Source of the DNA: Octopus bimaculoides | Lineage: Eukaryota | Assembly (NCBI RefSeq): GCF_001194135.2 | Contig: NC_068985.1 | Location: 11,552,655-11,616,654, forward strand | DNA length: 64,000 bases | Reading direction: 5' to 3' | In this document: positions 51,463 through 64,000 of the stretch, in pieces | How the letters are laid out: each line of letters opens with the position of its first letter | Numbering within the stretch: the stretch's first letter is position 1 | Translations under genes and position numbers: made by a program | Notes under the pieces: model-generated | Told to the model about the DNA's origin: nothing | Databases searched by the model: none | The model's input: only the letters and a program-made list of their open reading frames with translations

Positions 51463-51649
51463 AAGCACAAGGCCATAAAATTGGAGGAAAGGACTAAGTC
51501 GACTACATCGACATCAGTGCGTAACTGGTACTTATTTAGTCAAGCCAGAAAAGATGAAAGCCAAAGTCGACCTCGGCGGAATTTGAACTCAGAACGTAAC
51601 CGCTAAGCATTTCACCCAAATGCTAACGTTTGTACCAGCTTGCCGCCTT
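51463..51649 (-). mobile_element. Deu/Nin-like SINE
   Basis: GCACAAGGCC..GTCGACTACATCGAC..AACTGGTACTTATTT..AAAGTCGACCTCGGCGGAATTTGAACTCAGAACG..GCTAACGTTTGTACCAGCTTGCCGCCTT. Confidence 0.85.
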
Positions 51650-52543
51650 ATTGCAGTACTCAATAATGCTTCTTGTTATTGCAAGTGGTGTTATTGTGGA
51701 GATACAATTTCTATTGCTTAGCCCAGGCTCCGTTTTCATTGATCGAAAGCAGCTGTTACCATCCTTAGTTTTTCCCTTTCTAGTAGCAAATGAAGGATTA
51801 ATTAGGCTGAGATGTCCTGTTCAAAATATTTGGGCGTGATTTAAGGTGAGGCACAAAGCAAAAGTTTCTGAAGATGTTGACGCTGTAATAGTCACAGACA
51901 CAGTTCTTGGACGATATTGATTTTATTGTTTTCGCGAAAGGAGACCTTGACTAGATTTGAACTTAGAAGTTTCAAACACACGCCAGAGAAATAAAAAAAA
52001 AGATAACAAAAGACGAATGAAAGGAGAGAGAATCAGTACCATTGATTTCAATGGGAATTAGTGACAGGGTCAAATGAGTATAATAGAAGTGAAGAGGGGA
52101 TAGACAAGAGAGACGCGAATATTTAAAAGAAAATAAACATGATGATGAGGATGTTGATGATGATGATGACGACGACGACGACAATAACGATGATGATGAT
52201 AAGGATGGGGATGAGGATGATGTGGAGGAGGAGGAGGATCGTATTGATATTAATAGGAAGGAAGAAGGAGAAGGAAAAGGAAAAGAAGAAAAAGATATAT
52301 ATATATACATATATATACATATGGATATATACATATATGTATATATACATGTATNNNNNNNNNNNNNNNNNNNNNNNNNNNNNNNNNNNNNNNNNNNNNN
52401 NNNNNNNNNNNNNNNNNNNNNNNNNNNNNNNNNNNNNNNNNNNNNNNNNNNNNNNNNNNNNNNNNNNNNNNNNNNNNNNNNNNNNNNNNNNNNNNNNNNN
52501 NNNNNNNNNNNNNNNNNNNNNNNNNNNNNNNNNNNNNNNNNNN

Positions 52544-52627
<84 letters not shown>

Positions 52628-53438
52628 CATGTATATATACATGTGCGTGAATGACAGGTAGAGAGAGAATGTCAGTGCTTGAATGAGAGAGAGCCTGAAT
52701 GCATAGATATTTACAGCGAAGGAGAAAAGAGAAAGTAAGAGAAAGAAAAAGAGAAAGAGATAGAAAATTAAAAGCGAAAGAAATAAAAGAGACAACAGGA
52801 GAAGAAGTCTAATGATGAAAGTAAAAGTGAAAGAGAAAGTAGGAGAGGGAATGAAAAACAAAAAGAAAGAAAAAGAAAACGAAAGAAGAGGACACAAAAA
52901 AGATTAAAATAGAGAAAGAAAGAGAAGGAAAGAGAGAGACAGAGACAGGGAGAGATAGACAGACAGATAGACACTTGTTGTGTTCGTGTGTATGTGTGTG
53001 TGTTTGTGTGTTTGTGAAGAAGATGTAGAGAGTATCCATGAATCGGAAGAGAAGAGAAAATGAAGAGAGAAAGAGACAAAGGAGAGAGTTTTGGTCGTAC
53101 GCGATATACATCAAGAAAATATCTGTGTGTTTGAGAAAGAAGAGGAAATGTATCAGTGTATGAGAATGCGCTAGAGAGGAGGAAAGTGAGAAAGTGTGTG
53201 AGAGGGGGTTTGTGTTTTTTAGGCTGAGAAAGAGATAGTGATGAAGCGAGAGCTGTCCAGCTCTCTCTTACCTCATAAACACGTATTGCGTGTGTGTGTG
53301 TTTTTGTGACGAGAGAAAATAAGAGAGAATTCGAGTGTTAAGGAGAGAGAGATTGTGGTGTGTGTGTGAGAGAAGGTAGGAAACAGAGACATGTCGGTGA
53401 GTGTGGATAGAAACAAATAGAAGGGTTGAAAGAGAGAG

Positions 53439-53476
<38 letters not shown>

Positions 53477-53486
53477 NNNNNNNNNN

Positions 53487-53532
<46 letters not shown>

Positions 53533-53721
53533 AAGGCGAAGAAAAGACAGTAAAATAGAGTCTGTATGTGTTTCAGTGGACGAAAGGGAAGAGTGCGAAA
53601 AGGAGCGAAAGAAAGCAAAAGCTAGTGAAAGAGAACGAAATAGAGCGAAAGACAATAAAAGAGAGGAAGGTAAGCGAAAGAGTAAGAAAGTAAGCGAAAG
53701 AGAGCAAAAGATGGCGAAAGT

Positions 53722-54070
53722 GAGAGAATGAAAGTGAAACAGAGAAAAAGAAAGCGAAAGAGAGAGAATGAAAGTGAAACAGGAAAAGAGAGCGAAAGAG
53801 AGAGAATGAAAGTGAAACAGAGGAAAAGAGAGAAAGAGAGCGAAAGACAGAGAAAGAGTAAGCGAAAGAGAGCGAAAGACAGAGAAAGAGTAAGCGAAAG
53901 AGGGCGAAAGACAGAGAAAGAGTAAGCGAAAGAGAGCGAAAGACAGAGAAAGAGTAAGCGAAAGAGAGCGAAAGACGGAGAAGGAGTAAGCGAAAGAGAG
54001 CGAAAGGCAGAGAAAGAGTAAGCGAAAGAGAGCGAAAGACAGAGACAGAGTAAGCGAAAGAGAGCGAAAG
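53722..54070. repeat. Purine-rich minisatellites: 3 x about 40-bp units, then about 7 x 32-bp units
   Basis: GAGAGAATGAAAGTGAAACAG occurs three times. The 32-bp unit CGAAAGACAGAGAAAGAGTAAGCGAAAGAGAG starts at about 53841. Confidence 0.9.
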
Positions 54071-54567
54071 AGAGAGAAAAAAGAAAAAGAGGACAAGAAA
54101 AAGTGTAAAAGAGAGTGAAAGAGCGCGAAAGAGAGCAGACGCTAAAAGTGAGGAAAGAGAAAGATGCTGAAATGTATAGATATGTATGTGCGGATGTGTG
54201 TGTGAGTGGGTGGAAAGTGTACGTGATATTGTACGTGTGTGAGAGCTAAAGTGAGAAGTTTGTGAAAGGTTGTGTGTTGGTAGAGAAATAATGGAATGGA
54301 AGGTGAGAGAGAACTTGACAGAGTCCGAGGGAGACAGAGAGAGAGAAAGAGAAAGAGAAAGTGAGACAGACAGAGAGACGAAAGATATATATATGTATAT
54401 ATGTATGTGAATATGTGCGAAAGAGTGTGTGGAAGAAAAAAATTAGAAAGAGCATAGGAGACAAATATCAAGAGGGAGAATGGAGAGAGAGACTGTTTTT
54501 CGTTCGTTTCTTTCAGTCTCGTTCGTATTTGTTAGTCTCACTCCTGCCCTCCCGTCTCTCTCTATGT

Positions 54568-54623
<56 letters not shown>

Positions 54624-55022
54624 NNNNNNNNNNNNNNNNNNNNNNNNNNNNNNNNNNNNNNNNNNNNNNNNNNNNNNNNNNNNNNNNNNNNNNNNNNNNN
54701 NNNNNNNNNNNNNNNNNNNNNNNNNNNNNNNNNNNNNNNNNNNNNNNNNNNNNNNNNNNNNNNNNNNNNNNNNNNNNNNNNNNNNNNNNNNNNNNNNNNN
54801 NNNNNNNNNNNNNNNNNNNNNNNNNNNNNNNNNNNNNNNNNNNNNNNNNNNNNNNNNNNNNNNNNNNNNNNNNNNNNNNNNNNNNNNNNNNNNNNNNNNN
54901 NNNNNNNNNNNNNNNNNNNNNNNNNNNNNNNNNNNNNNNNNNNNNNNNNNNNNNNNNNNNNNNNNNNNNNNNNNNNNNTATATATATATATATATATATA
55001 TATCTGTCTATTTATTTATTTA

Positions 55023-55065
<43 letters not shown>

Positions 55066-55771
55066 GGAGAGAGAGAGAGAGAAATGGATAGATTGATAGA
55101 TAGATAATGTGAGGAACAGGATATATGAACAATAAAATATGCGGATGAGTGCGTACACAGAGAGAAGCACCTTGACAGAGAAAGGGTAAAAAAAGAGAGG
55201 TAGAGAGAGAACGAGGGAGAGAAAGAGAGACAGACAGACAGACAAACAGAGCGTGAGAGAGTTTGTGTGTGTAAGTGTGTGCGTATATGAGTGAGAAAAT
55301 ATTTGGGAAGAAAATTACAGGTGAAAGAACAAAAGACGATGCCACATGTAGACTGATATACATACAAACAATCACAAACACACACACATATATATATATA
55401 TGTACACATTAAAAATTGTCTATCCTCTACACACACATATTATATATATATATATATATACACATATATATATATNNNNNNNNNNNNNNNNNNNNNNNNN
55501 NNNNNNNNNNNNNNNNNNNNNNNNNNNNNNNNNNNNNNNNNNNNNNNNNNNNNNNNNNNNNNNNNNNNNNNNNNNNNNNNNNNNNNNNNNNNNNNNNNNN
55601 NNNNNNNNNNNNNNNNNNNNNNNNNNNNNNNNNNNNNNNNNNNNNNNNNNNNNNNNNNNNNNNNNNNNNNNNNNNNNNNNNNNNNNNNNNNNNNNNNNNN
55701 NNNNNNNNNNNNNNNNNNNNNNNNNNNNNNNNNNNNNNNNNNNNNNNNNNNNNNNNNNNNNNNNNNNNNNN

Positions 55772-55814
<43 letters not shown>

Positions 55815-56691
55815 TCTTTTTATTATAGCCACACAGGGCTAAATACAGAAAGTGGATAAAATACAATGTAGAGCTTTTCCTTTGGGGGACAAGAAAAAAA
55901 AGGATGGGATGGGGTAGAATTTCGATCAAAAGGGATCGTGAAAAAGAAGAAAAAAAAACATGGGAAAGCCGATCAATAGGGATCGTGTATCAGAGTCAAT
56001 GTAAAAGACGGGGGACAGATTAGGTTTATCCGTGGAGAGAAAAGCCTACGGAAAAGACCACGATAGATAGACAGACACACAGATAGATAGTTTGTGTTAT
56101 TGACTTATGTCAAGGTAGACAGAGAAGTAAAATCAAGACAGTGTCAGTCGGAGGTAGATAGGTAGATAGATAGATAGAAGGATAGATAGATAGAAGGATA
56201 GATAGATAGAAGGATAGTTAGATACGATGAGGAAGAGAGTGAGAAAAAAAGGAAGAGACGAAAAGTGAGAAGGAGAAAGTGGAAGAAAGGGAGATAGAGA
56301 GGTGGTGGTCGGTTAACAGGTGGGAAATATATACTGAGAGCCAGGCTGAGAAACAAGTAGGAGAAAAGAGATATGCAGACAAGCAGGAAGAGAGAAAGGT
56401 CAACATCTTGATTTGTACACATGGAGACAGGTAGACAGACACACAGGCATAGAAGCAGACAGGTAGAAAGACAAATTAGCAGACAAACAGGTAAGTTGGA
56501 GCAGTTTAATAAAATGAAAAATAAAGGTATAAAAATAGAAAGAAAATGTGTGCACAGCAAACGCCAACACAGTTATTACACACACACACACACACACACA
56601 AACACAGAGACACACACACACATATGTATGTGCAGAAAGTGATAGAGAGAGTGAGACAGACAGACAGACAGATAGATAAATAGATAGGCCC

Positions 56692-56724
<33 letters not shown>

Positions 56725-57453
56725 CAGAAAGACACTCATATATATGGATAGATACATACATATATACATACATAGAAAGATAGATAGATAGACAGACAGG
56801 TAGATAGATAAATAGACAGAGAGACAGACAGATAGACAGATAGATATATATATATAGATAGATAGATACATAAATACACACATAGATAGATAGACAAGCA
56901 TACGTCGATACACTAACATACAAAAACCCACGAACGTACTTTTAATATATTCCATCATAATTAAGAGAAAATTGCAAAGAATGATTTAGAAAGAAAATGG
57001 TAGAAGTATAATAGAAATCTCCAAAGTGAAGAAGGGAGAAAATCAAAAGGTTATTAGAATAATTTAATGAAAATTCATAATGAATGGACACCACCTCAGT
57101 TTCATTAAAAGCTTATNNNNNNNNNNNNNNNNNNNNNNNNNNNNNNNNNNNNNNNNNNNNNNNNNNNNNNNNNNNNNNNNNNNNNNNNNNNNNNNNNNNN
57201 NNNNNNNNNNNNNNNNNNNNNNNNNNNNNNNNNNNNNNNNNNNNNNNNNNNNNNNNNNNNNNNNNNNNNNNNNNNNNNNNNNNNNNNNNNNNNNNNNNNN
57301 NNNNNNNNNNNNNNNNNNNNNNNNNNNNNNNNNNNNNNNNNNNNNNNNNNNNNNNNNNNNNNNNNNNNNNNNNNNNNNNNNNNNNNNNNNATATATGTGT
57401 GTGTGTGTATATATATATATATATGTATACGTATATACATGTATTTATGCATG

Positions 57454-57505
<52 letters not shown>

Positions 57506-57936
57506 GATAGATAGATAGATAGATAGATATAGATATAGATATAGGTATATATAAAGAGAGAGAGAGGGAGAGAGAGATGAGAGATAGAATGAGAGTAACA
57601 CACAGAAAGAAAGGTTGGAGGGCAGAATGAAAAACTAATTAGAGAAATTGACGTGAAAAGTCAGGCTAATTAGATATAGTGGTTAATAAATCGAAATATG
57701 GATACATGGATTCCTACATACGCAGTCACAGAAGGTGTTCCGTTACAAGCGTGCACACATGCACGCGTACACAGACACACACGCACACATACGTACACAC
57801 ACACACATGTTTTCGCACACTTGCACGTTCTCTCAAACACAGAGACACTCATAAACATATATATGTGTGTCTTTCTATGACCGCTTGTATATACACTCAT
57901 ATATATAAATATATATACATATATACACATATATCA

Positions 57937-57975
<39 letters not shown>

Positions 57976-59071
57976 NNNNNNNNNNNNNNNNNNNNNNNNN
58001 NNNNNNNNNNNNNNNNNNNNNNNNNNNNNNNNNNNNNNNNNNNNNNNNNNNNNNNNNNNNNNNNNNNNNNNNNNNNNNNNNNNNNNNNNNNNNNNNNNNN
58101 NNNNNNNNNNNNNNNNNNNNNNNNNNNNNNNNNNNNNNNNNNNNNNNNNNNNNNNNNNNNNNNNNNNNNNNNNNNNNNNNNNNNNNNNNNNNNNNNNNNN
58201 NNNNNNNNNNNNNNNNNNNNNNNNNNNNNNNNNNNNNNNNNNNNNNNNNNNNNNNNNNNNNNNNNNNNNNNNNNNNNNNNNNNNNNNNNNNNNNNNNNNN
58301 NNNNNNNNNNNNNNNNNNNNNNNNNNNNNNNNNNNNNNNNNNNNNNNNNNNNNNNNNNNNNNNNNNNNNNNNNNNNNNNNNNNNNNNNNNNNNNNNNNNN
58401 NNNNNNNNNNNNNNNNNNNNNNNNNNNNNNNNNNNNNNNNNNNNNNNNNNNNNNNNNNNNNNNNNNNNNNNNNNNNNNNNNNNNNNNNNNNNNNNNNNNN
58501 NNNNNNNNNNNNNNNNNNNNNNNNNNNNNNNNNNNNNNNNNNNNNNNNNNNNNNNNNNNNNNNNNNNNNNNNNNNNNNNNNNNNNNNNNNNNNNNNNNNN
58601 NNNNNNNNNNNNNNNNNNNNNNNNNNNNNNNNNNNNNNNNNNNNNNNNNNNNNNNNNNNNNNNNNNNNNNNNNNNNNNNNNNNNNNNNNNNNNNNNNNNN
58701 NNNNNNNNNNNNNNNNNNNNNNNNNNNNNNNNNNNNNNNNNNNNNNNNNNNNNNNNNNNNNNNNNNNNNNNNNNNNNNNNNNNNNNNNNNNNNNNNNNNN
58801 NNNNNNNNNNNNNNNNNNNNNNNNNNNNNNNNNNNNNNNNNNNNNNNNNNNNNNNNNNNNNNNNNNNNNNNNNNNNNNNNNNNNNNNNNNNNNNNNNNNN
58901 NNNNNNNNNNNNNNNNNNNNNNNNNNNNNNNNNNNNNNNNNTATATATATATATATTTATAGGACAGGTGGTATGTGTATGTGTGTATGTGTGGTGTGAA
59001 GTTTCTGAAATCTGTTCGTCGTTAGATGATATTGAAAACGTGCGCTGAGAGACACGCCTGCTTGCACTCAC

Positions 59072-59210
59072 CGAGACGTTAGGGATGCCCAAATCCAGGG
59101 AGTTCCATAGACAGAATAAGCAATGCTGTTATATATTTCCACTAGATGGTTGAATACTAATTCGGTTCTTAAGTCGAAATTAATCAATAGTGGGAACACC
59201 GCAAATACAA
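59072..59210 (-). CDS. Candidate internal exon (139 nt), hydrophobic peptide, unknown product
   Basis: Acceptor CTATCCTTTCATTTCACTAG| and donor TCG|GTGAGT. A single frame is open for 45 codons: VFAVFPLLINFDLRTELVFNHLVEIYNSIAYSVYGTPWIWASLTS. Confidence 0.3.
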
Positions 59211-59475
59211 CTAGTGAAATGAAAGGATAGATTGTGTATGTTTGTTGTGTGTGTGTGTGTGTGTGTGTGCGTGTAAGAGTGTGTTTGTGTATGTAAATAT
59301 GTACGTATATATGTGATGTTGTGTGTGTTTGTGAATAACGGGGGTGTTGTTGATGATGTTGCTGATGCTGCTGCTGGTAGGAGGAGTTCTATGTTCATCA
59401 GAGTTCTCTATGTAGGTGTATGCAGTACAATATATGCGTGTGTATGCGTTAGTGAGCATACGTCTCTATCTGTAG

Positions 59476-59478
<3 letters not shown>

Positions 59479-59558
<80 letters not shown>
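59479..59558. repeat. (TG)n microsatellite
   Basis: Perfect TG run of about 40 units. Confidence 0.95.
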
Positions 59559-59560
<2 letters not shown>

Positions 59561-59839
59561 TGTGTATGGTTCAGTGTTATTTTGTTGGTTTGTATCAGTG
59601 AGTGTATATGTTTTCGTCCGTCTTTAAATCTGCATGATTGTGTGTGTGTGTGTTTGTATGAGAGAGTTTACGTGTGTGCGTACGTATGTTTATGTGTGAG
59701 TGTGTGAAAAGAGTTCTGTATATGAAGATGTATGTGTACCAGAATATGTATCTAAAACTCGTGTATTTGTATCTATGTACATATGTATGTACGTATGTGT
59801 ATGTATGTATGTATGTATGTATGCATGTATGTATGTATG

Positions 59840-59880
<41 letters not shown>

Positions 59881-60601
59881 CTCTATCTCTCGACCTATCT
59901 ATCTATCCTATCTATCTATCTATCTACCCACCTATTTATTTATCGATCGATCCCCAACGACTGTCCTACCTATTTATCGCAATTATTATCGATCTATCTA
60001 TCTATTTATTTGTGTATCTTTCACTCTCGTTACGCGCACACACACACGCACACATACACACACACACACACACATATATATGTGTGTGTGTTTAAATGCA
60101 TGCATGTACACTCATGCTGAATGTGTATAGGATGTGTATATCTGTATACTCATGTACATGTACATCTATGCATGCAGCCATGCAGAGTCTTATGTGTGTG
60201 TGCAAGGTGCGCTGCCAAGAGAGCATTGCCATGTTGATTCTGTTGGTGTTAAGTTCACTGTTGTGTTATAATATGGTGTCTATTTATGTGTGCGTATCTG
60301 AGGTAAAGTGGAAGTNNNNNNNNNNNNNNNNNNNNNNNNNNNNNNNNNNNNNNNNNNNNNNNNNNNNNNNNNNNNNNNNNNNNNNNNNNNNNNNNNNNNN
60401 NNNNNNNNNNNNNNNNNNNNNNNNNNNNNNNNNNNNNNNNNNNNNNNNNNNNNNNNNNNNNNNNNNNNNNNNNNNNNNNNNNNNNNNNNNNNNNTGGGGA
60501 TTAACTAATATTAATAATTATTGTTTCTTATATTTAATTGTTATGATTTTATTTACTCCATGCACCCAGTCTTTGTGGACACCCTGTATATGTGTGTGTG
60601 T

Positions 60602-60654
<53 letters not shown>

Positions 60655-60822
60655 CGAGCCACGAATAAACACTAATTATGACGTTTGTATGCGCTAGGTG
60701 TGGTATATCTGTGTGCGTATGTGTATAGAAACACACATACACACATATACATATATAGACATATATGTATACATATACACATATCTGTGTATATATATAT
60801 ATATATATATAGTTTGTGAATC

Positions 60823-60856
<34 letters not shown>

Positions 60857-61249
60857 CTTTTTATATATGAATATGTGTCGATAGAAGTTATTCTCACACA
60901 CATACACACGTTCATTCTCTTGTGCGTACATTTGTATGCACGCTTGCGATATTTTGTGTGGGTGTTTCCCTGCTAGCATAGTGGCATTATTGACAATGGT
61001 TTTGCATTTGAAATAGATACAGACCAGAAATACTACTGTGACTCGAACCACCAATCTATTGATTTTCGGGTATCATCATTAAAGCATGCGCATACGACTC
61101 TGTAAAACTAGATGTGTTCAACATTGTCCCGATGTCACATTGCGATCAGTTACGTTGATGGTCTTTAAACGCGAACCTAATGTAGGGTGCACACGGGAAG
61201 GGTCTCTCATATTCAGTTATTGCATCAGCTTATATATTTATGCATGCGT

Positions 61250-61289
<40 letters not shown>

Positions 61290-62389
61290 ACACACACATA
61301 TATTTATATATAAACACAAATATGTATATCCATACACACAAAACAGAAAAGCATATGTCTATGTGTGTGTATACATATGTATATATATGGATACACACAC
61401 ATATACACACACACGCTTATATAGACACACACACATAATAAATATATAGATATAGATACATATACACACACATACATAGATATATGCCTTTTATTTTGTT
61501 TGTATGGATATACANNNNNNNNNNNNNNNNNNNNNNNNNNNNNNNNNNNNNNNNNNNNNNNNNNNNNNNNNNNNNNNNNNNNNNNNNNNNNNNNNNNNNN
61601 NNNNNNNNNNNNNNNNNNNNNNNNNNNNNNNNNNNNNNNNNNNNNNNNNNNNNNNNNNNNNNNNNNNNNNNNNNNNNNNNNNNNNNNNNNNNNNNNNNNN
61701 NNNNNNNNNNNNTCTATCTATCTATCTATACATTTGTGTACATATATGTATGTGCATTTATGTATACATGTGTATATATGTCTTTGTATTTATATATTCA
61801 TGTGTATTCGTGTGTATTCATGTTTCGCTGCATGTAAAGTAACCTATATATATATGTGAACATTTTCACGTTTAATCAGATAACAGGCTCAATTAAAAAC
61901 AAATCAACTCTAGTAGTTTTTCATTGCCTTTCTCCACCCCTTCATATTCCCATGCATACACACGCAGACATATATCCTTTCATAGTCTCACACACACATG
62001 TATATTCATGTATATATGTACATATGTATTTATGTAAGTGCCAGTTTCTTCAATTTTGATCTGTAGTCTTGTCCTCAGCTATTTCTGTTGTCTAGCCTTC
62101 AAGTCGACCCAGATTGAAGCAGATATTTGTTAGATGTTCACTTGATAATTTAACAGACATAATTTCAACTATAGCTTACCTAGGAGAGGAAAATGCAATG
62201 TGTCATTTGTTATTCGGTAATATAATTTTACGCAGTCTTGCAAGCGACCATATTGTAATCCCATCGCTGGCCCCTGCCACAGCATATTCCAGTCAATAGT
62301 TCTTTAGCTAAGACTCCTGTCCAATGTAAAACTTCAATGCATACACACAAACATACACACAAACATACACACACTCACACACAAATACG

Positions 62390-62549
62390 CATTGCAACAT
62401 GAAGTTTAATAAAACTTAAACACACACACACACATTCACACACACATGCACATGCACAACCACTCGTACACACACACACACATACATACCCATTGCAGCA
62501 TGAATTTTAATAAAACTCAAATACACATACACATGCACACGCACAACCA

Positions 62550-62604
<55 letters not shown>

Positions 62605-62625
62605 AGATGACCATTGCGACATGAC
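62390..62625. repeat. About 100-bp degenerate tandem repeat with variable CA tracts
   Basis: ATTGCAACATGAAGTTTAATAAAACT (about 62391) and ATTGCAGCATGAATTTTAATAAAACT (about 62492) are each followed by GCACAACCACTC. A third start, ATTGCGACATGA, is at about 62613. Confidence 0.8.
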
Positions 62626-64000
62626 AGTTTGCACCTGATGGAAAGGCACTATAAGTTATGAAATTCTTTTATTGTCATCATATGTTTTTTACACATTTGA
62701 AACGTGCGTAATGCTTAACTGCATTTAACTTTTTCTTTTATTCATATATTTATCTAAAACATACATCTTAAAATAATCTCACCTTGAACCACGGGTTGTA
62801 AAGCGTTTGCCATCTTATCAGAGAATTACTTTATTAATTTTGATATAAAGGAAGAGGTGTATCTTTTATATAAATTAATAAATTTAGTGATCGGTTATTT
62901 TTCTCCTTCGTCTACATTATATGCAAGCCATATATCTGCTAGAAGCTAAGTAAGTGTTAGCCACGTTCAACTGAATCTTATTCAACTGGCATATATATNN
63001 NNNNNNNNNNNNNNNNNNNNNNNNNNNNNNNNNNNNNNNNNNNNNNNNNNNNNNNNNNNNNNNNNNNNNNNNNNNNNNNNNNNNNNNNNNNNNNNNNNNN
63101 NNNNNNNNNNNNNNNNNNNNNNNNNNNNNNNNNNNNNNNNNNNNNNNNNNNNNNNNNNNNNNNNNNNNNNNNNNNNNNNNNNNNNNNNNNNNNNNNNNNN
63201 NNNNNNNNNNNNNNNNNNNNNNNNNNNNNNNNNNNNNNNNNNNNNNNNNNNNNNNNNNNNNNNNNNNNNNNNNNNNNNNTATATATAGTAAATCCAACCC
63301 CACCACAAAAAAAAAACGAAGAAGCACAAGAGAAAAAAATCAACTAGTGGACGGGGTACATGCAAGGTATTAGCAGACGCTCAGAGAAAGAAAGAAAGGT
63401 GGATTTATGTTTCGAGCAAAGCTCTTCTTCAGAAACAGGAGACAGAGGAAAGTCCAAGAGAAAAAGAAGAGGGAGGAAAAAAAATCGCCAACAATTCACA
63501 TGTGGTTACGTTTTGAAATGTATATATATATATATACACCAAATTCAGGGAGTGGAACTGGTAAAGTGCAGGCTACATATGTTTCTTAGCTAGCTGATAC
63601 TTTGGTGTAATAATTACTCAAAGAAATGTATTCGATTTAGCTAATCATCAAGCCGAGCGTGCCTTAACTGAATGTTACATTGTCGCTTGGAATCTCCAAG
63701 TTAACTTACCGCAGATGTGAATTAAAATGAACTGGATTCGTTGATCGTATCTGCATGATGTTTCTGAGGTATTCAGAAGCCTTCATCATACATGTGCTCC
63801 TCGCATATTTTCTCATTTACCCACCTATATATGTACCCCCATATCGAATATTAAGAATGATTGTTGAACCACACAATCATGCATATAATTTTTTTATCTG
63901 AGGGTTAACAAGACTACCAATGATTTCATAACCAAGGAATCTTTTAAACAATGATCAAGTCTGATACATGGCAGCATTGGTACTCGTCTCCATTTTGCAT

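Noticed and set aside
53338-54096. 252-aa S/F/L/R-rich ORF
   Set aside because: It is the pyrimidine-strand translation of GA-rich minisatellites, and stops are compositionally improbable there.
62180-62330. WD40-like (YAVAGASDGITIWSL) or Cys-rich (SCKRPYCNPIAGPCHS) peptides
   Set aside because: Several frames on both strands look equally plausible, each is bounded by stops and there is no consistent splice-site pair.
223-63593. Most ORFs in the track (YI, CV, HT, LS, ER, YLSI repeats and X-runs)
   Set aside because: They are translations of di- and tetranucleotide microsatellites or N gaps, which lack stop codons for trivial reasons.

Overview
Eukaryotic, AT-rich, repeat-saturated DNA from a draft short-read assembly. 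About 25 N-gaps total roughly 7.5 kb, and most are bordered by microsatellites. The SINE families look like those of octopod cephalopods; this is recognised from memory, not from a database search. No host protein-coding gene could be identified with confidence: almost all ORFs in the track are translated microsatellites or gaps, and only a few splice-site-bounded candidate exons remain. The real content is mobile DNA. (i) Four 3' fragments of restriction-like-endonuclease (RLE, R4/Dong-type) non-LTR retrotransposons fall into two families. One sits in (TAA)n, as known for Dong. The other (3 copies, two stacked head-to-tail) always abuts (CATA)n, which suggests a CATA-microsatellite-specific element. 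(ii) At least 15 tRNA-derived SINE copies show shuffled head, body and tail modules, and two retain target-site duplications. (iii) One complete non-autonomous Helitron is present. (iv) There are decayed MULE-like and RTE-like coding remnants. (v) Four fold-back or palindromic structures occur. (vi) Two tandem repeats appear to have originated inside mobile elements: a 143-bp array in a MULE-like remnant and a 24-bp minisatellite in a SINE. No CRISPR array, rRNA or intact tRNA gene was found.
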